From positions 60,659 through 101,931 of the forward strand of contig NW_005434593.1 in NCBI RefSeq assembly GCF_000315625.1: DNA of 41,273 nucleotides, in the 5' to 3' direction. The position numbers and the translations under genes were made by a program. Each line of letters begins with the position of its first letter. Position 1 is the first letter of the stretch. The notes beneath the pieces were generated by a model. The model saw nothing but the letters and a program-made list of their open reading frames with translations. It ran no database searches and was not told where the DNA came from. The stretch comes from Guillardia theta CCMP2712. Taxonomy: Eukaryota > Protista > Cryptophyta. This document shows positions 10,020-21,031 of this stretch, one piece after another.

Positions 10020-12005
10020 ATGCAAGGGGAACGAATGGAAGCGGCGAGGAGGAAAGGGCGAGCGCTGCGAGCCAAGCATGAGACAAGACAACGAGCTGGA
10101 GGAGGAGGAGGAGGAGGAGGAGAGGTGGAAGATGTGGAAGGAGGTGACAGCGATCACTGTGTGATCATCCGCGAGCTCTGCGTTAGTGATGGCAGTGACA
10201 TGCCATGCACAAAGCCAGTCATCGACCGGCATCGTCAGGGTCGAAAGGTCTCCGTCGCATCTGCCTGTGAGGAGTCTTCGGAGTGCTACAGCAGAGGCTC
10301 AATCTGTGAAGACACCAGGAGACGCAACTCGTCACGAGGAGCAGGCATCATGAGAGTTCTGTTGAATTTCATGTCTTCATCCATAGCCAGCTTCCTCTCG
10401 CTGCTACCATGCTTAGGCCTGCGACCGAATAGACTAAACCTCATCGCATGCGCGGGAATGTGCTTTTTCGTTCTAGACTTTACTCCCCAGTGCTTTGCTC
10501 TCAAAGCTGTGGGAGGAGACCTCACGGCCAGGCAAAACGTGCGAGAAGTGATGAGAAAGTCGATCAGTCGCATGGAGGTGCAGCTAACAAGCAAGAAAGA
10601 CGTCATGTCGACAGAAGAACAAGTGTTGTTCACCCAAGTCTTGAAGGCGTAAGTACTGCAAGTGCCATCTTTGCATGTCATTGCCTCGCCTTGTTGAGGA
10701 GGGGGTCGATCACATGGGTGATGGTCTTGTGCAGGGGGAAGGAGAAGTTTGCCGATTTCGTTGTCAACGAAGTCTTCCCTTTCAGCGACTCTCAATGCTC
10801 CTGGAGCTTTGACAGCATGAGATGCGAACCTTGTGGTCAATGCCGCATGATACCCACGGTTACCTGCTGCTCCTCAAGCCCCTCCCAGTCGCTGACACGA
10901 GTTCCTAGGACAAATTTCCTTACGCAGCTTCATGCTCTCTGCTCCCGGAGAAAGACTGGAGCAACTCCAGCAGCGTGTCGAGGTGCTCAGATCGCTTGCC
11001 TGAGGTCTGCAGAGAGGGATGTTGTTGCGCGATAGGCTGACGTGCTGCTCCTAGAGGGTGCGAGGCTCCAGCAACCCCTTCAAGTCGATCTTGGCCTGGA
11101 GCTCAAGACTTGTCCAAGCTCTGCGAAATTTTGTACAGAGAGACGAGATGCTGGCACGGGAGAGGAGCGACGAGAAGATGGCGGAGCTGATGGTGAAGAA
11201 GCGAGGGTTGCTGGGTCAGAGGATCTATCGCGCCGTCGTCAAGTTTGTGGAGCTGCAACTTCCGAGGCTGAAACGGCCGACGGGGAGAGCGACTTGTCAT
11301 CCTGTCGAGAGTCCCTTGAGCTCTCACAACAAGAGCAGCCACCTCGTCTGCGTGAAAGTTGGGCAGGACCAGCCAGATCACAAGTGCTACCGTAAGTCGA
11401 CGAGCTGCGACGCCACGAGCTCTTGCCGCCTTCATGTGCCCAATGTTGCGGTGGAGCGGATCCTCCTCTCTGTCTTCTACCTGAACAAGCTCATCACTCT
11501 GCTGGGCAGCTCGTGGGCAGCCTCGAGTGTCCGTGTCTTGGCAGCATCCCGCAAGCTTGTGGTTGGCGGGCTGCTGCGGGTGAAGTCGATAGGAGAGGAG
11601 ATGAGGAGCTGGCACTGGACCTCAGGCTTGACAGAGAAGCTGAAAGATCGCTTCCTGTCGATCAAGGAAAGACTTCACGGGATTGTGCGCGTGGTGCGGG
11701 ATGGATGGACGGAGAGGAGGAGGAGTAGGTCTGTCTTGCCTGTGCTGCTTCATCGCTTCAGAGGGCTGATTGACAGGGTCATGGATGCAACGAAAGCAGC
11801 AACCTCATCCTCATCGCGGAAGTTGAAAGAGCTCGTCTCTGCCGTCTCGTCGACGATCAGGGTCCTTCACGAGCAGGCTGTGAGGAAGGACCTCAAGTTT
11901 CTAGCGTGTGTGGTCGGCGTGGAGGAGATGTCGAGCAGGCTCGTGGCTGACATCTCGACGAAACGAGCTGCCAATTTGATTGTCAAGGAGATTCTCAGCA
12001 ACTAG
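10020..12005 (+). CDS. Hypothetical multi-exon protein
   Basis: Long first ORF with GTAAGT donor at 10649, small Cys-rich exons (CSWSFDSMRCEPCGQC), and a 315-codon last exon. No family recognised; start uncertain. Confidence 0.55.
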
Positions 12006-12372
12006 ATTGACTCTCGACCCCGAGCTCTACCAGCTCCGGCTACTAGACAAGTCCGACTGTCAGCGGTCACCCGTCACGGCGTTACATTTCTTTAAGATTT
12101 AGGTTGTAGATCTTGAATATCTTCAGTGTCATCTCCATCTCCAACTCGAGCCCACCTGCTCAGTTGTACAAGCCTGAAGCCTCTCAGCCACCAACAGAGT
12201 GGCGGGGGCCGGGGCTCTGGGCCCGCGGCCATACCGTCTGAAAACCGGGAACCCGGGATCAGCGGAGTTGAGCCGAGTCACAGGCTTCGAATATAGTACT
12301 TTAGCTAATTCTATTTTTTTCCTGAATTCTGTTGGCCAACGGACCGACCGACTGGCGCATGAAAGAGAAACT

Positions 12373-12608
<236 letters not shown>

Positions 12609-12847
12609 GCGCTGATACATGCAACGATGTATACACATATCCGCTATATCTCTATTGATGCATATCAACTTTTGTGTACCCATTGATGAGTGAATGGTTG
12701 AAGCATCTCTTAAATAGTTCTAGTGTATCTCTCTTGCAAGACTGAAAAGGTAACAGGGCACAGGGCTCTGCAAGCATCTATCTGCCCTAGCACTTTTGAG
12801 CATCTCTGTATCTTCTGTGACACATCTTCCTTCTCCTCAACCCTCAG

Positions 12848-13960
12848 AGCAGGAAGCGAGAGGTCTCCTCGGATTATCTCAGCATGGGCAGGTTGCCTGG
12901 CGGGATCGTCGATGATGTGCGAGAGAAGATCATCCAAGAGATCGAGCGCAAGAGGATGACAGAGTCGCATCTCGGCAAGCTCGACTGTTGTGTCGCCGTC
13001 GCTGAAGCTTGAGCAGGAGCATACCTCAAGCATGAAGATTCCATGGATGGAGGGATAAGGTTGGCAACAGGCTGCCAGGAATGACGGGAGGTGACGGGCA
13101 AGCAGGCTCGAAGACAACAAAGACAACTTGTATAGAGATTCGTCTCGTCGCTCCTTCTTCAGGAACAGCATGTCCAGGCGAGGGCATGTCAAGGTTGAGG
13201 TTGACCCATCCATCCTCTGACGTCAGTCCTGGGACAGGTCTCTCCGATACCCCATCCGCACATCGCGCAAGACAGCTCCCAAGAACATCGTCACCTCACT
13301 ACCAAAGAAGGGGTACTGCAGCCCTCTACCTCCTCCCTCCTGACGCTTCCCAAGGCACTTCGCCTCCACCCCGTCGCTGACCATCGGATCCAAGTGACGA
13401 GCGAATTTCCCTGCCTCTCGCCTTCTCTCACGCGAACGCAGGGCCCGGGGTGTGTGCGGGGAGTACATCTACACGATAGAGGGCCCTGCTGACCCTCCTC
13501 CTCTTCCTGTCTCTTTTTATCCTCCTTTCAAGGCCTCCAACCCAACCAAGAAGATGTCCTTCTTCTTGGATCCTCCCCACAGCATCTGACAGGTAGCGCA
13601 GACATGGCTCGGGGACAAATGAAGGATTGTTCCAGGTTGCTGTGGAAGCGGAGGGAGGAGGAGGAATGATACAAGTGTGTAGGCGCCGACGTATGAGATA
13701 CAGGGAGTGAAACCGAGGAGCAAAACTTTCGAGGCAACTGGTGCTTAGGGAGCACATGTCAGCCGGTTGTTGAGCATTTCTCACAGGCAACAGGATGATC
13801 GCTCAATCCCTCTATCCCCTCCAAGTGTTTCCAACAGCCGTCACCTTCACTTAGAACCAAGCACGAAAAAGAGGAGATGCTGGTGTCTGATGTAAATACA
13901 TGCCTATCCTTGAATTCCAACAAGGACGCGAGAGATCAGTCAAAACTTTCCTCTCCTCGC
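12848..13960 (+). CDS. CFAP96/C4orf47 (DUF4586)-like ciliary protein, many tiny exons
   Basis: Spliced APKNIVTSLPKKG|HFASTPSLTIGS|KARGVCGEYIY and FKASNPTKK resemble the KNxYTxPxKKG...TIG and FKPSSPxKK motifs of CFAP96 as I recall them. Start and stop not resolved. Confidence 0.45.
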
Positions 13961-13976
13961 ATGTAAGCTCAGCACT

Positions 13977-15065
13977 TCACTCGTTGACGCTCAGCGATGC
14001 TGCGCATTTCCTGCACGTGTGTCAATCTTGGCTTGTCTGTTGCTAGAAACATCTACACCTGAGCACATCCCCGACAGCTCCCCACTCGTCATCCTTGGCC
14101 TGCGCGTTCAGGATGTAAACCTGCAAGTCCACATCAGATGGAACTTCTCCCGTCCTGGCCTCCCACATTGTCCGCCGACGCCGCAAAGGAGGAAACAACG
14201 TGCAGCTTGGTCTGGAGGGCCGTCAGACTGACGTCAGTCTACTTCTCCTCGCGTCACCTCTTTGCCCGCGAACTCAGTATCAACGACGTACTCGTACATG
14301 TACTTGTCTACACTCCCTGCCTCTTCATTGTCACGCCTTGAGCTGCTCTTGCAATAGACTCGCCTGTTTTGATCGGCCCCGACTGCTTGATGAGATGAAA
14401 CTTGTCACCGAAGTTCTTCGTGTAGCTTCAGAGCAGCATCTTAGTGAGAGTGCAAGGCATCATGCTGGCTGACCTCTCGACGAGGCTTGGCTTCCACGTG
14501 TAGCCCGAGTTGTCAATCTGCTACCCGTTACTTTTTCCTTCCTGTCCCCGCACCTTACCTTCTCGACTTCGCTGAAGATTGCGATTTCTGGCTTCTTCTT
14601 GTCTCTCAGCAGAACGCTGCCAGGACGAGCTTGAAGCCTGTCGAAGACTTGCACTCTCTTGAAGAACACGTCGGTCGGCTTCTGAAAGGAATAGCCCTGC
14701 CCGCTGTACTTCCCGGCTGCGACCTGAAGCGTCTCTACCTCGTACTTGGCGTTCTCTGGAGGCTCAGGGCAGCTCGCTGCTGTGCACTCCGCTTTAGGAA
14801 GTTCAGCGAAGGCGGGGAGAGACGAGGCGAGGAGACAAGACCCGAGGAGAGACGAGACGGCTTCCTTCCTGCTCATTCTTGCCTCTGCCGTCATGTACGG
14901 CGACAGCGTCGTCGAGCTTCGCCGAGGAAGCTGAGAGGAGGACGAGACCTTGCAGAGAGCTTCTGCTGAACGAGAGGAGGAGCGGAGAGCGAAGGGCTCG
15001 GGGCCTACCAGGAAGCAGCTTGCTGCCATGGGCATCGCTAGCGCTACTACAGCCTTCATCTGCAT
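13977..15065 (-). CDS. PsbP-domain thylakoid lumen protein with tripartite presequence
   Basis: Seven exons splice cleanly: signal peptide MQMKAVVALAMPMAASC-F, Ser/Arg transit peptide, SRKEAVSSLLGSCLLASSLPAFA-E lumen signal. Mature part has GYSFQKP...YMYEYVVDTE...KLHVVSSFAASADNVYILNAQAKDDEWGAVGDVLRKCAASLSVNE*, a PsbP fold signature. Confidence 0.8.
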
Positions 15066-15109
15066 TCGAGCCACCTATTTGTGATAGACCACCGGTTCGA
15101 TTTGTAATA

Positions 15110-15400
15110 TTTTCAGGGGTAGGGGTAGTGGGAATTTCTTTTATATGTGACCCGCGGGCCGCCGGGCTGGCGGCCCGGAGACCGAGTCAGACTCTCAGTG
15201 CTTAAAGATTTACTCAGCGATAGTATCGCCCCGGCTTCAAGTTTTAGCTGCCATACGGTATTTCCGACTCGGAGGCCCTCAGTTGCCATGATACGGTTTC
15301 AGTCACACTGGGCTGGGCCCCCGGGTAATGGTTCCCGGCACTGCGGCACTTCACGCCGGCCCGGCGGTCCGCCGAGTCAAGCTGGGGCGGACTCTCTTCT
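15110..15400. promoter_or_regulatory. GGGGTAGGGG motif plus CCGG island between divergent genes
   Basis: ggggtaggggtagtggg at ~15116 and multiple ccgg at 15160-15370. Confidence 0.35.
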
Positions 15401-15454
15401 ACGTCATTTGACAGAAAAAAAGACTGGAGAGTAAACCCGAAAACAGACGCCGGC

Positions 15455-17323
15455 ATGGCAGCCTTGCATGGAGGTTGTGCAGAACAGTTCAGGTGAGAAC
15501 GATGAGAGGAGAGGAGAGGAGAGGAGAGGAGGGGAGAGGAGAGGAGGGGAGAGGAGGGGAGAGGAGGGGAGAGGAGGAGAGTGGAGGGGAGGGGAGAGAA
15601 CGTAGGAGAGGAGAGGAGAGGAGAGGAGAGAACGTAGGAGAGGAGAGGGAGGATGGAGGAGGGGGAGGGAAGTTGAGGAGAGAACAAGAAAAGGAGAAAA
15701 AAGAAAGGAACAAGACAGTCGTGATGAAACCTGGATGCATTATTGTCACACCATGCATATCGTATCATTATCGATGCACCTCAAGGTGTGTTGGAAGCCT
15801 TTAGTAGTTATGTCAAGTTCTGCCTTGATGAGTCATCCTTCTTATGTCCAAGATTTCTCTCTCCTTCAAGCGTATCCTAATACAGTCTGCAGTAGTGCCA
15901 GCGACAGTGATGAAGCTGAGCTGCGAAAGGATGCCGAGTTTCCTGGTGCAGAGAACGAGAATGATGAGGAAGGAAAGAAGAAGAAGAAGAAAAACAAGAG
16001 GAAGAAGAAGAAGGCCGGGGATGGAAGCCTTGAAATGGAGCAAGACCCCGATGCTCGCGCTGCAGGACGAGCCCTACCTCATGAGGCATAGACAACCTGC
16101 TGACATGTGTGATGCTTGAATGTTGAGCTGATGCATTCTTGGCAGGGCATGTCGCGAGCTGGAGATGCTGATGGTGCTGTCGTCGTGACTCTCCTTGTGC
16201 TCCCCTTACATGATGTCAGAATTGAACCCTGAAGCGCTTGCTGAGATCACCCGCACGGTACAGCAGGAGATGGCCGAGCAGGTGAATTGCGTGGGGCGAG
16301 GGCTGCATGAGATTGACTGGAGCCTGCAGCTGAAGATGATCACACAAGAGATGAATCGCTTGAAAGCAGAGCTGTCCGAGAATCTCCCGTGCCTCCCCTT
16401 GTGCTCACCTTGTCCCAGGTACTCTGAGAATGGAGGCCTAGCTGAAATCCAACGCAGCCTGGAGTCCTTCAAGTCCACCAAGATGCTCGACAACACGTCC
16501 AAGGTGATCGATGCAAGCCCCTCAGTCTGTGCTCTCTATCCAAGGAGACTCAAAGCTCGGGTCGATGCTGATCGCTTGTCAGGACGCCGAGGCCCGGCGC
16601 GGGCAGAGGGCGCAAGTGGGGCGAGAGCAAGCTCGAGCCGAGTCCAAGCCAGCCCCCGACAAGAGTGACCTGGAGCAAGCCATGGCGATGCTGCAGGAAC
16701 GACTCAAGAGCCCCAAGGCTGTTCGCTGGGGAGGAGCGACTGAGCGGGAGATACCAGACAACATGCGGGACGTGCAGGAGCAGAGGATGGGAGACGTCGG
16801 ACGTTCAGCAGCTGAGAGTAGCGCCTTCGATGACATCCTGCGTGAGGCGTTGAGGTCGCGAAACAAGGACGCGGAGACTGCGAGAAGAGTGAGGGAGGGG
16901 CCGAGCTCTGATGCTCACCAGAGGTGCGAGCGTTCTACTTGAGGTGCGAGTGTTCTACTTGACATACGTCTTTGTGCAGATTGCGGGATGAGGAGCGGAG
17001 AAGAGATGCGCGCGCAGGAGGGACGGCAGCAAGCAACAGCAACGACGATGGTTTCAACTGGAAGGTTGCGCTGGTTATCGGTATTCTGCTGCTCTTAGGA
17101 CCATTCAGGTAGAGCATGCTGCTGTGCGAGTTACGACAGATTGATGTGCCTGTGACAGGAACGTCCTGACCGAGTTGTATGAGATCTGTGAGTGCTCAGG
17201 CTTCTGTCCTGCTCAACTTCATCCACGTCCTCCCTTGTTCCTTCGCTGACTGGCTGCCCTTTCGTTGCAGTTTTCCCGGAGGACGAGGATTTCAACGAAG
17301 ACTTTCTCATCCAAGTAGATTGA
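15455..17323 (+). CDS. Coiled-coil protein with Lys-rich patch and single C-terminal TM (tail-anchored type)
   Basis: Exons encode GKKKKKKNKRKKKK, helical segments (EITRTVQQEMAEQ|LKMITQEMNRLKAE), WKVALVIGILLLLGPF, and the acidic tail PEDEDFNEDFLIQVD*. Confidence 0.55.
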
Positions 17324-17499
17324 CTCTGATCGGGCCCGGGGAGGCCCTCCGAGTGAATTGCAGCTAGCAGTCACGGTTGTAGTGACTCTTCTCAGTTCAT
17401 CTTCCGAGTGGGTCTAGTAGCACAGCTTTTAAGTTTCACGCTTTGATGAAGTGAGTCTAACAGTCCCGAGACGGGACTGAACTGAACTGTTGATTGCCG

Positions 17500-17750
17500 C
17501 TCCGACAGTCCGACGACTCCGCCGGGCCGGGCCCGGCCGCGCCTCCGCACCGCACGGCGAGGCTACCGTACCGGACGCCCCGGCATGGCCCGGCCCCGCC
17601 GCCCCGTCCCCGGGCCCAGTGCCCCCGTCCGGTGAAGGCTCTCCCCCGGTCCGGCGGGCCGCGGCGCCGGGCCCGGCCGGGCGACGTGAGGCTCCGCGGC
17701 CGTGTGCCGGGGTGGGAGTATCCGGAAAAGTATCCGGAATTTCGGATACT
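17500..17750. promoter_or_regulatory. CCGG-dense island directly upstream of the p23 gene
   Basis: More than 15 CCGG in ~250 bp, very GC-rich, non-coding. Confidence 0.4.
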
Positions 17751-17823
17751 GGCAGGGGCGCAGGAGTTTCTGGATCATTCCTCTGCAATGGCAGGTCGCA
17801 AGGACGGGACGCGGGGAGGGGCC

Positions 17824-19218
17824 ATGGCGGGAAGGTGAGAAGATGAGGGGAGGAGGAAGATACAGAGAAAGATGAAGAGCAGGAGAGGGTTAGATACAGA
17901 TGTTAGTGGAGATATTTGCTCTTGTTTCTTCATTCTTCCCTCTCTGAGAGTTAGAAGGGTCAAGAATGGCACAGTGAAAGCTGCAGCCCACCTTCTCTTC
18001 AGATATCCTGGATCAAACTTGTTCAATCGCATCTTGTTTCGCTTAGATGGAGGAGTACTCCCTTTTCCATCATGGCTTCTCTGTTCTCCTGTACCCTGCC
18101 TCGCATCAGGCTGTTTGCCATTTGATGATATTCTTGGAAAAACTGTGTTGCAGTTCCTTGCCGTGTTTAGCAAGAGCATGCATGTTGTTTGTTGTCATAT
18201 GAAATCATTGACTTTTTATCGCATCTTTTGAGTCGTTCTTTTCGCCTTGTCTGCTTCGTTTGCTGTGTTGTAACATGAGAGCGGTTGACGTACACCTGCC
18301 GCAGGCTCGTCTTCTGCATGTGCGTGACTTTTCTTTGTGGTACGATCGTTTCGAATCCGATGCAAGGAGGCGAAGTGGCAAGACTGAATCTCCGAGCTTA
18401 CCGGCCTCGTGCTGGCCATTCCTTGGAGGGCCTCAGATTACGAGGAGGAGCCGAAGGTCATGTGCCAGGAGTAGCATGGTCGCAGCGACAGAACACCCTG
18501 TTGTTCAAGGTTGACGTCCCGCATGATGCTGCTTCGGTTGTGGATGATTTGAAGCTCTCTGGCAACAAATTGACCTGGCAAGGAGAACTTGTCAACTTGA
18601 ACCTGGAGCTCTACGGCAGTGTGGATGAGAATTCGATCAACAAGAAGTTCGATGGGTGAGTAAGGATTTTGGTGCATACCAGTTGACTGCTCGACAGAGG
18701 ACGTATCGTGACTGTGGTAGCGACAAAGTCGACCAAGGAGTGGTGGCCGCGACTTACCTCTGGTCCCAAGCCCGCCAACGTCAAGGTAGATTGGGCAACC
18801 TGGCAAGACGATGCGGAAGGTCGGTGCTCTTTGTTTGTCTTGCTTTGGGCATTGTAGCTTTGCCCGGAGTTGTGAAGGAGCTGACTTTGAGATGGTGCAG
18901 ATGAAACAGCCAAGTACGACTCTATCGGAAAAACAGGAGAAGGGAACTTTGATGACGACTTCAACTTCGATGAGCTCAACAAGGGCAAGGACAACTCCAA
19001 GGTGAACCTCAAAGTTGGGCTGCTATTTGTGTGCTTACTCGCCCCGTGAATTTCAGTGGGCGGAAAACGATGATGCTCCAGAAGAGAATGACGATGGAGA
19101 TGCAGACGACAAAGAAGAAGCAAAGAATGATGGGGTTGAGATCATGGAAGACGAGGCTGAAAAAGGCAAGGAGCCCCCGGCTCAGAAGGAAGGCGATGGA
19201 GACATGCCTGATGCGTGA
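17824..19218 (+). CDS. p23/Sba1-type CS-domain Hsp90 co-chaperone with signal peptide and LRLRGG junction
   Basis: Exon 1 (17824-17834) joins 18305 to give MAGRLVFCMCVTFLCGTIVS-NP...GLRLRGG-AEGHVPGVAWSQRQ...LELYGSVD...WWPRLTSGPKPANVKVDWATWQDD plus an acidic tail. PxVxWxQR and WPRL...KVDWxxWxD are p23 hallmarks. Confidence 0.85.
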
Positions 19219-19416
19219 AATGTGACCCGAATTTTCCAGTGATGCTCATTTGAAGGTTGAATGTTGTGACGAAAAGGATGCAATGGACCGCGAGCAGACT
19301 CGCAATATCTAGTTTGCTCGTTGATAATACAAAAACAAAGAGATGTCCACCACGAAAGCATGCCATCTCCTCGAATCACTATGATCGACACTTGGCGATT
19401 GAGAAGCGCTGCTAGC

Positions 19417-19847
19417 TTAGGGTGTCTTGGTGTAGTAGGGGACACCCGTCACTTTCTTCCCCTGCAGGACAAGTAAGGGCAGCATATGTCTGCGCATCTC
19501 CTCGCGCTACCTTAGCTTCGTTCTGAGCGTCCTCTTGCTCCTGCTGCATGTACTTCTGCGCCTGGGCAGTCTGCAATCGCAAAGTCTCACTGGAAGACAA
19601 GTACACTCAGAGGTACCTCATCCAAGTAGGAGGAATCGACAGGCAACGGTGTGATGCCCATCTCCAGAGCCCCTTGCTTGGTTGCGGTCTTTGCAGCATT
19701 GTCGTAGACTTCCTCCTCGCCTATTCCCCAGACGAGCGAAGTAGGAGAGTTGCTATGTCCTCCCGACCTCGTGATCAACACCAAGGCAGCAAGTAGCGCC
19801 AAGAGGACCAAGGGGACTGTCAGAAGTCTTGTCTGCGATGACAGCAT
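19417..19847 (-). CDS. Small secreted or signal-anchored hypothetical protein (3 exons)
   Basis: MLSSQTRLLTVPLVLLALLAALVLIT...YLDE|TAQAQKYMQQEQEDAQNEAK|GKKVTGVPYYTKTP*, with in-phase GT-AG introns. Confidence 0.65.
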
Positions 19848-20442
19848 TCAGATCATAGAAGAGAATGTTTGTTTGCTGGATGTTTCAATTCGATGCCGAT
19901 AAAACTTCCATGGCTCAGTGACGTTGGGATCTTCGTGCATCCCAGGTTTGATTTGTTTAGGTCGAGACTTGTGGTCGGGCTATTCCTCCTACATCCTCGA
20001 CATTCGACTCCCCTCAATCTCCTCAATTTGACTCACAAGCAATCTGAGAATGTACTTTCTTAATCTGATCTAAACCAAGTCACTTGTGCCAACTCTATTG
20101 CTAACTGCTGGCATTTCTTGATCTCCTCACCATACCAAACCCGTTCGTCTCCACATCTCCTGACCTTCTTCCGCTGTGCCTTAGCATCTCTTCATCTCTC
20201 TCGCTCCCTCTCCTCACATCTTCTCTCTCTTCTCACCTTCTCTTTCTCTCTCCACGTTCTTGGCGCCGTGAGTTCCATTTCGCTCAAATTCCCGAAATAG
20301 ACGAGTAGGGCCGTGCATGAGTTGGCAATAGTCACTGAGTTCTACGCCGCCGATCGCCCGCCGGGCCCCCGGCCGGATCATCCGGCGATCACTGCGGCCT
20401 CCGAGTCGGACTCGGGGCCACTCAGAGTAAACAACTACAATC

Positions 20443-20964
20443 ACTGGGGCACCAGGAGGGCTAGTCAACTACTCTAGTACACGTACTGGGGTACCAGGAG
20501 GGCTAGTCAACTACTCTAGTACAGGTACTGGGGTACCAGGAGGGCTAGTCAACTACTCTAGTACAGCCTGTACTGGGGTACCAGGAGGGCTAGTCAACTA
20601 CTCTAGTACAGGTACTGGGGTACCAGGAGGGCTAGTCAACTACTCTAGTACACGTACTGGGGTACCAGGAGGGCTAGTCAACTACTCTAGTACACGTACT
20701 GGGGTACCAGGAGGGCTAGTCAACTACTCTAGTACACGTACTGGGGCCCAGCACCAGGAGGGCTAGTCAACTACTCTAGTACAGGTACTGGGGTACCAGG
20801 AGGGCTAGTCAACTACTCTAGTACAGGTACTGGGGTACCAGGAGGGCTAGTCAACTACTCTAGTACAGGTACTGGGGTACCAGGAGGGCAAGTCAACTAC
20901 TCTAGTACAGGTACTGGGGTACCAGGAGGGCTAGTCAACTACTCTAGTACACGTACTGGGGTAC
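20443..20964. repeat. 42-bp minisatellite, ~12.3 copies
   Basis: Unit ACTGGGGTACCAGGAGGGCTAGTCAACTACTCTAGTACA(C/G)GT with starts at 20443, 20485, 20527, 20572, 20614, 20656, 20698, 20740, 20787, 20829, 20871, 20913, 20955. No spacers. Confidence 0.97.
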
Positions 20965-21031
20965 ATCTCTCAATTCATCTATTAACTCGCTGCCGCTAGG
21001 ACCCATCCTGCTTCCTTCACCCGACGAGCCG

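Noticed and set aside
12710-13213. 167-aa minus-strand ORF
   Set aside because: It is the shadow of the plus-strand spliced CFAP96-like gene; the splice signals are on the plus strand.
18432-18449. Ubiquitin fusion gene
   Set aside because: Only the last six residues match; the upstream sequence is a signal/transit peptide, not a ubiquitin fold.
20443-20964. CRISPR array
   Set aside because: Units are contiguous with no unique spacers, there are no cas genes, and the context is eukaryotic.
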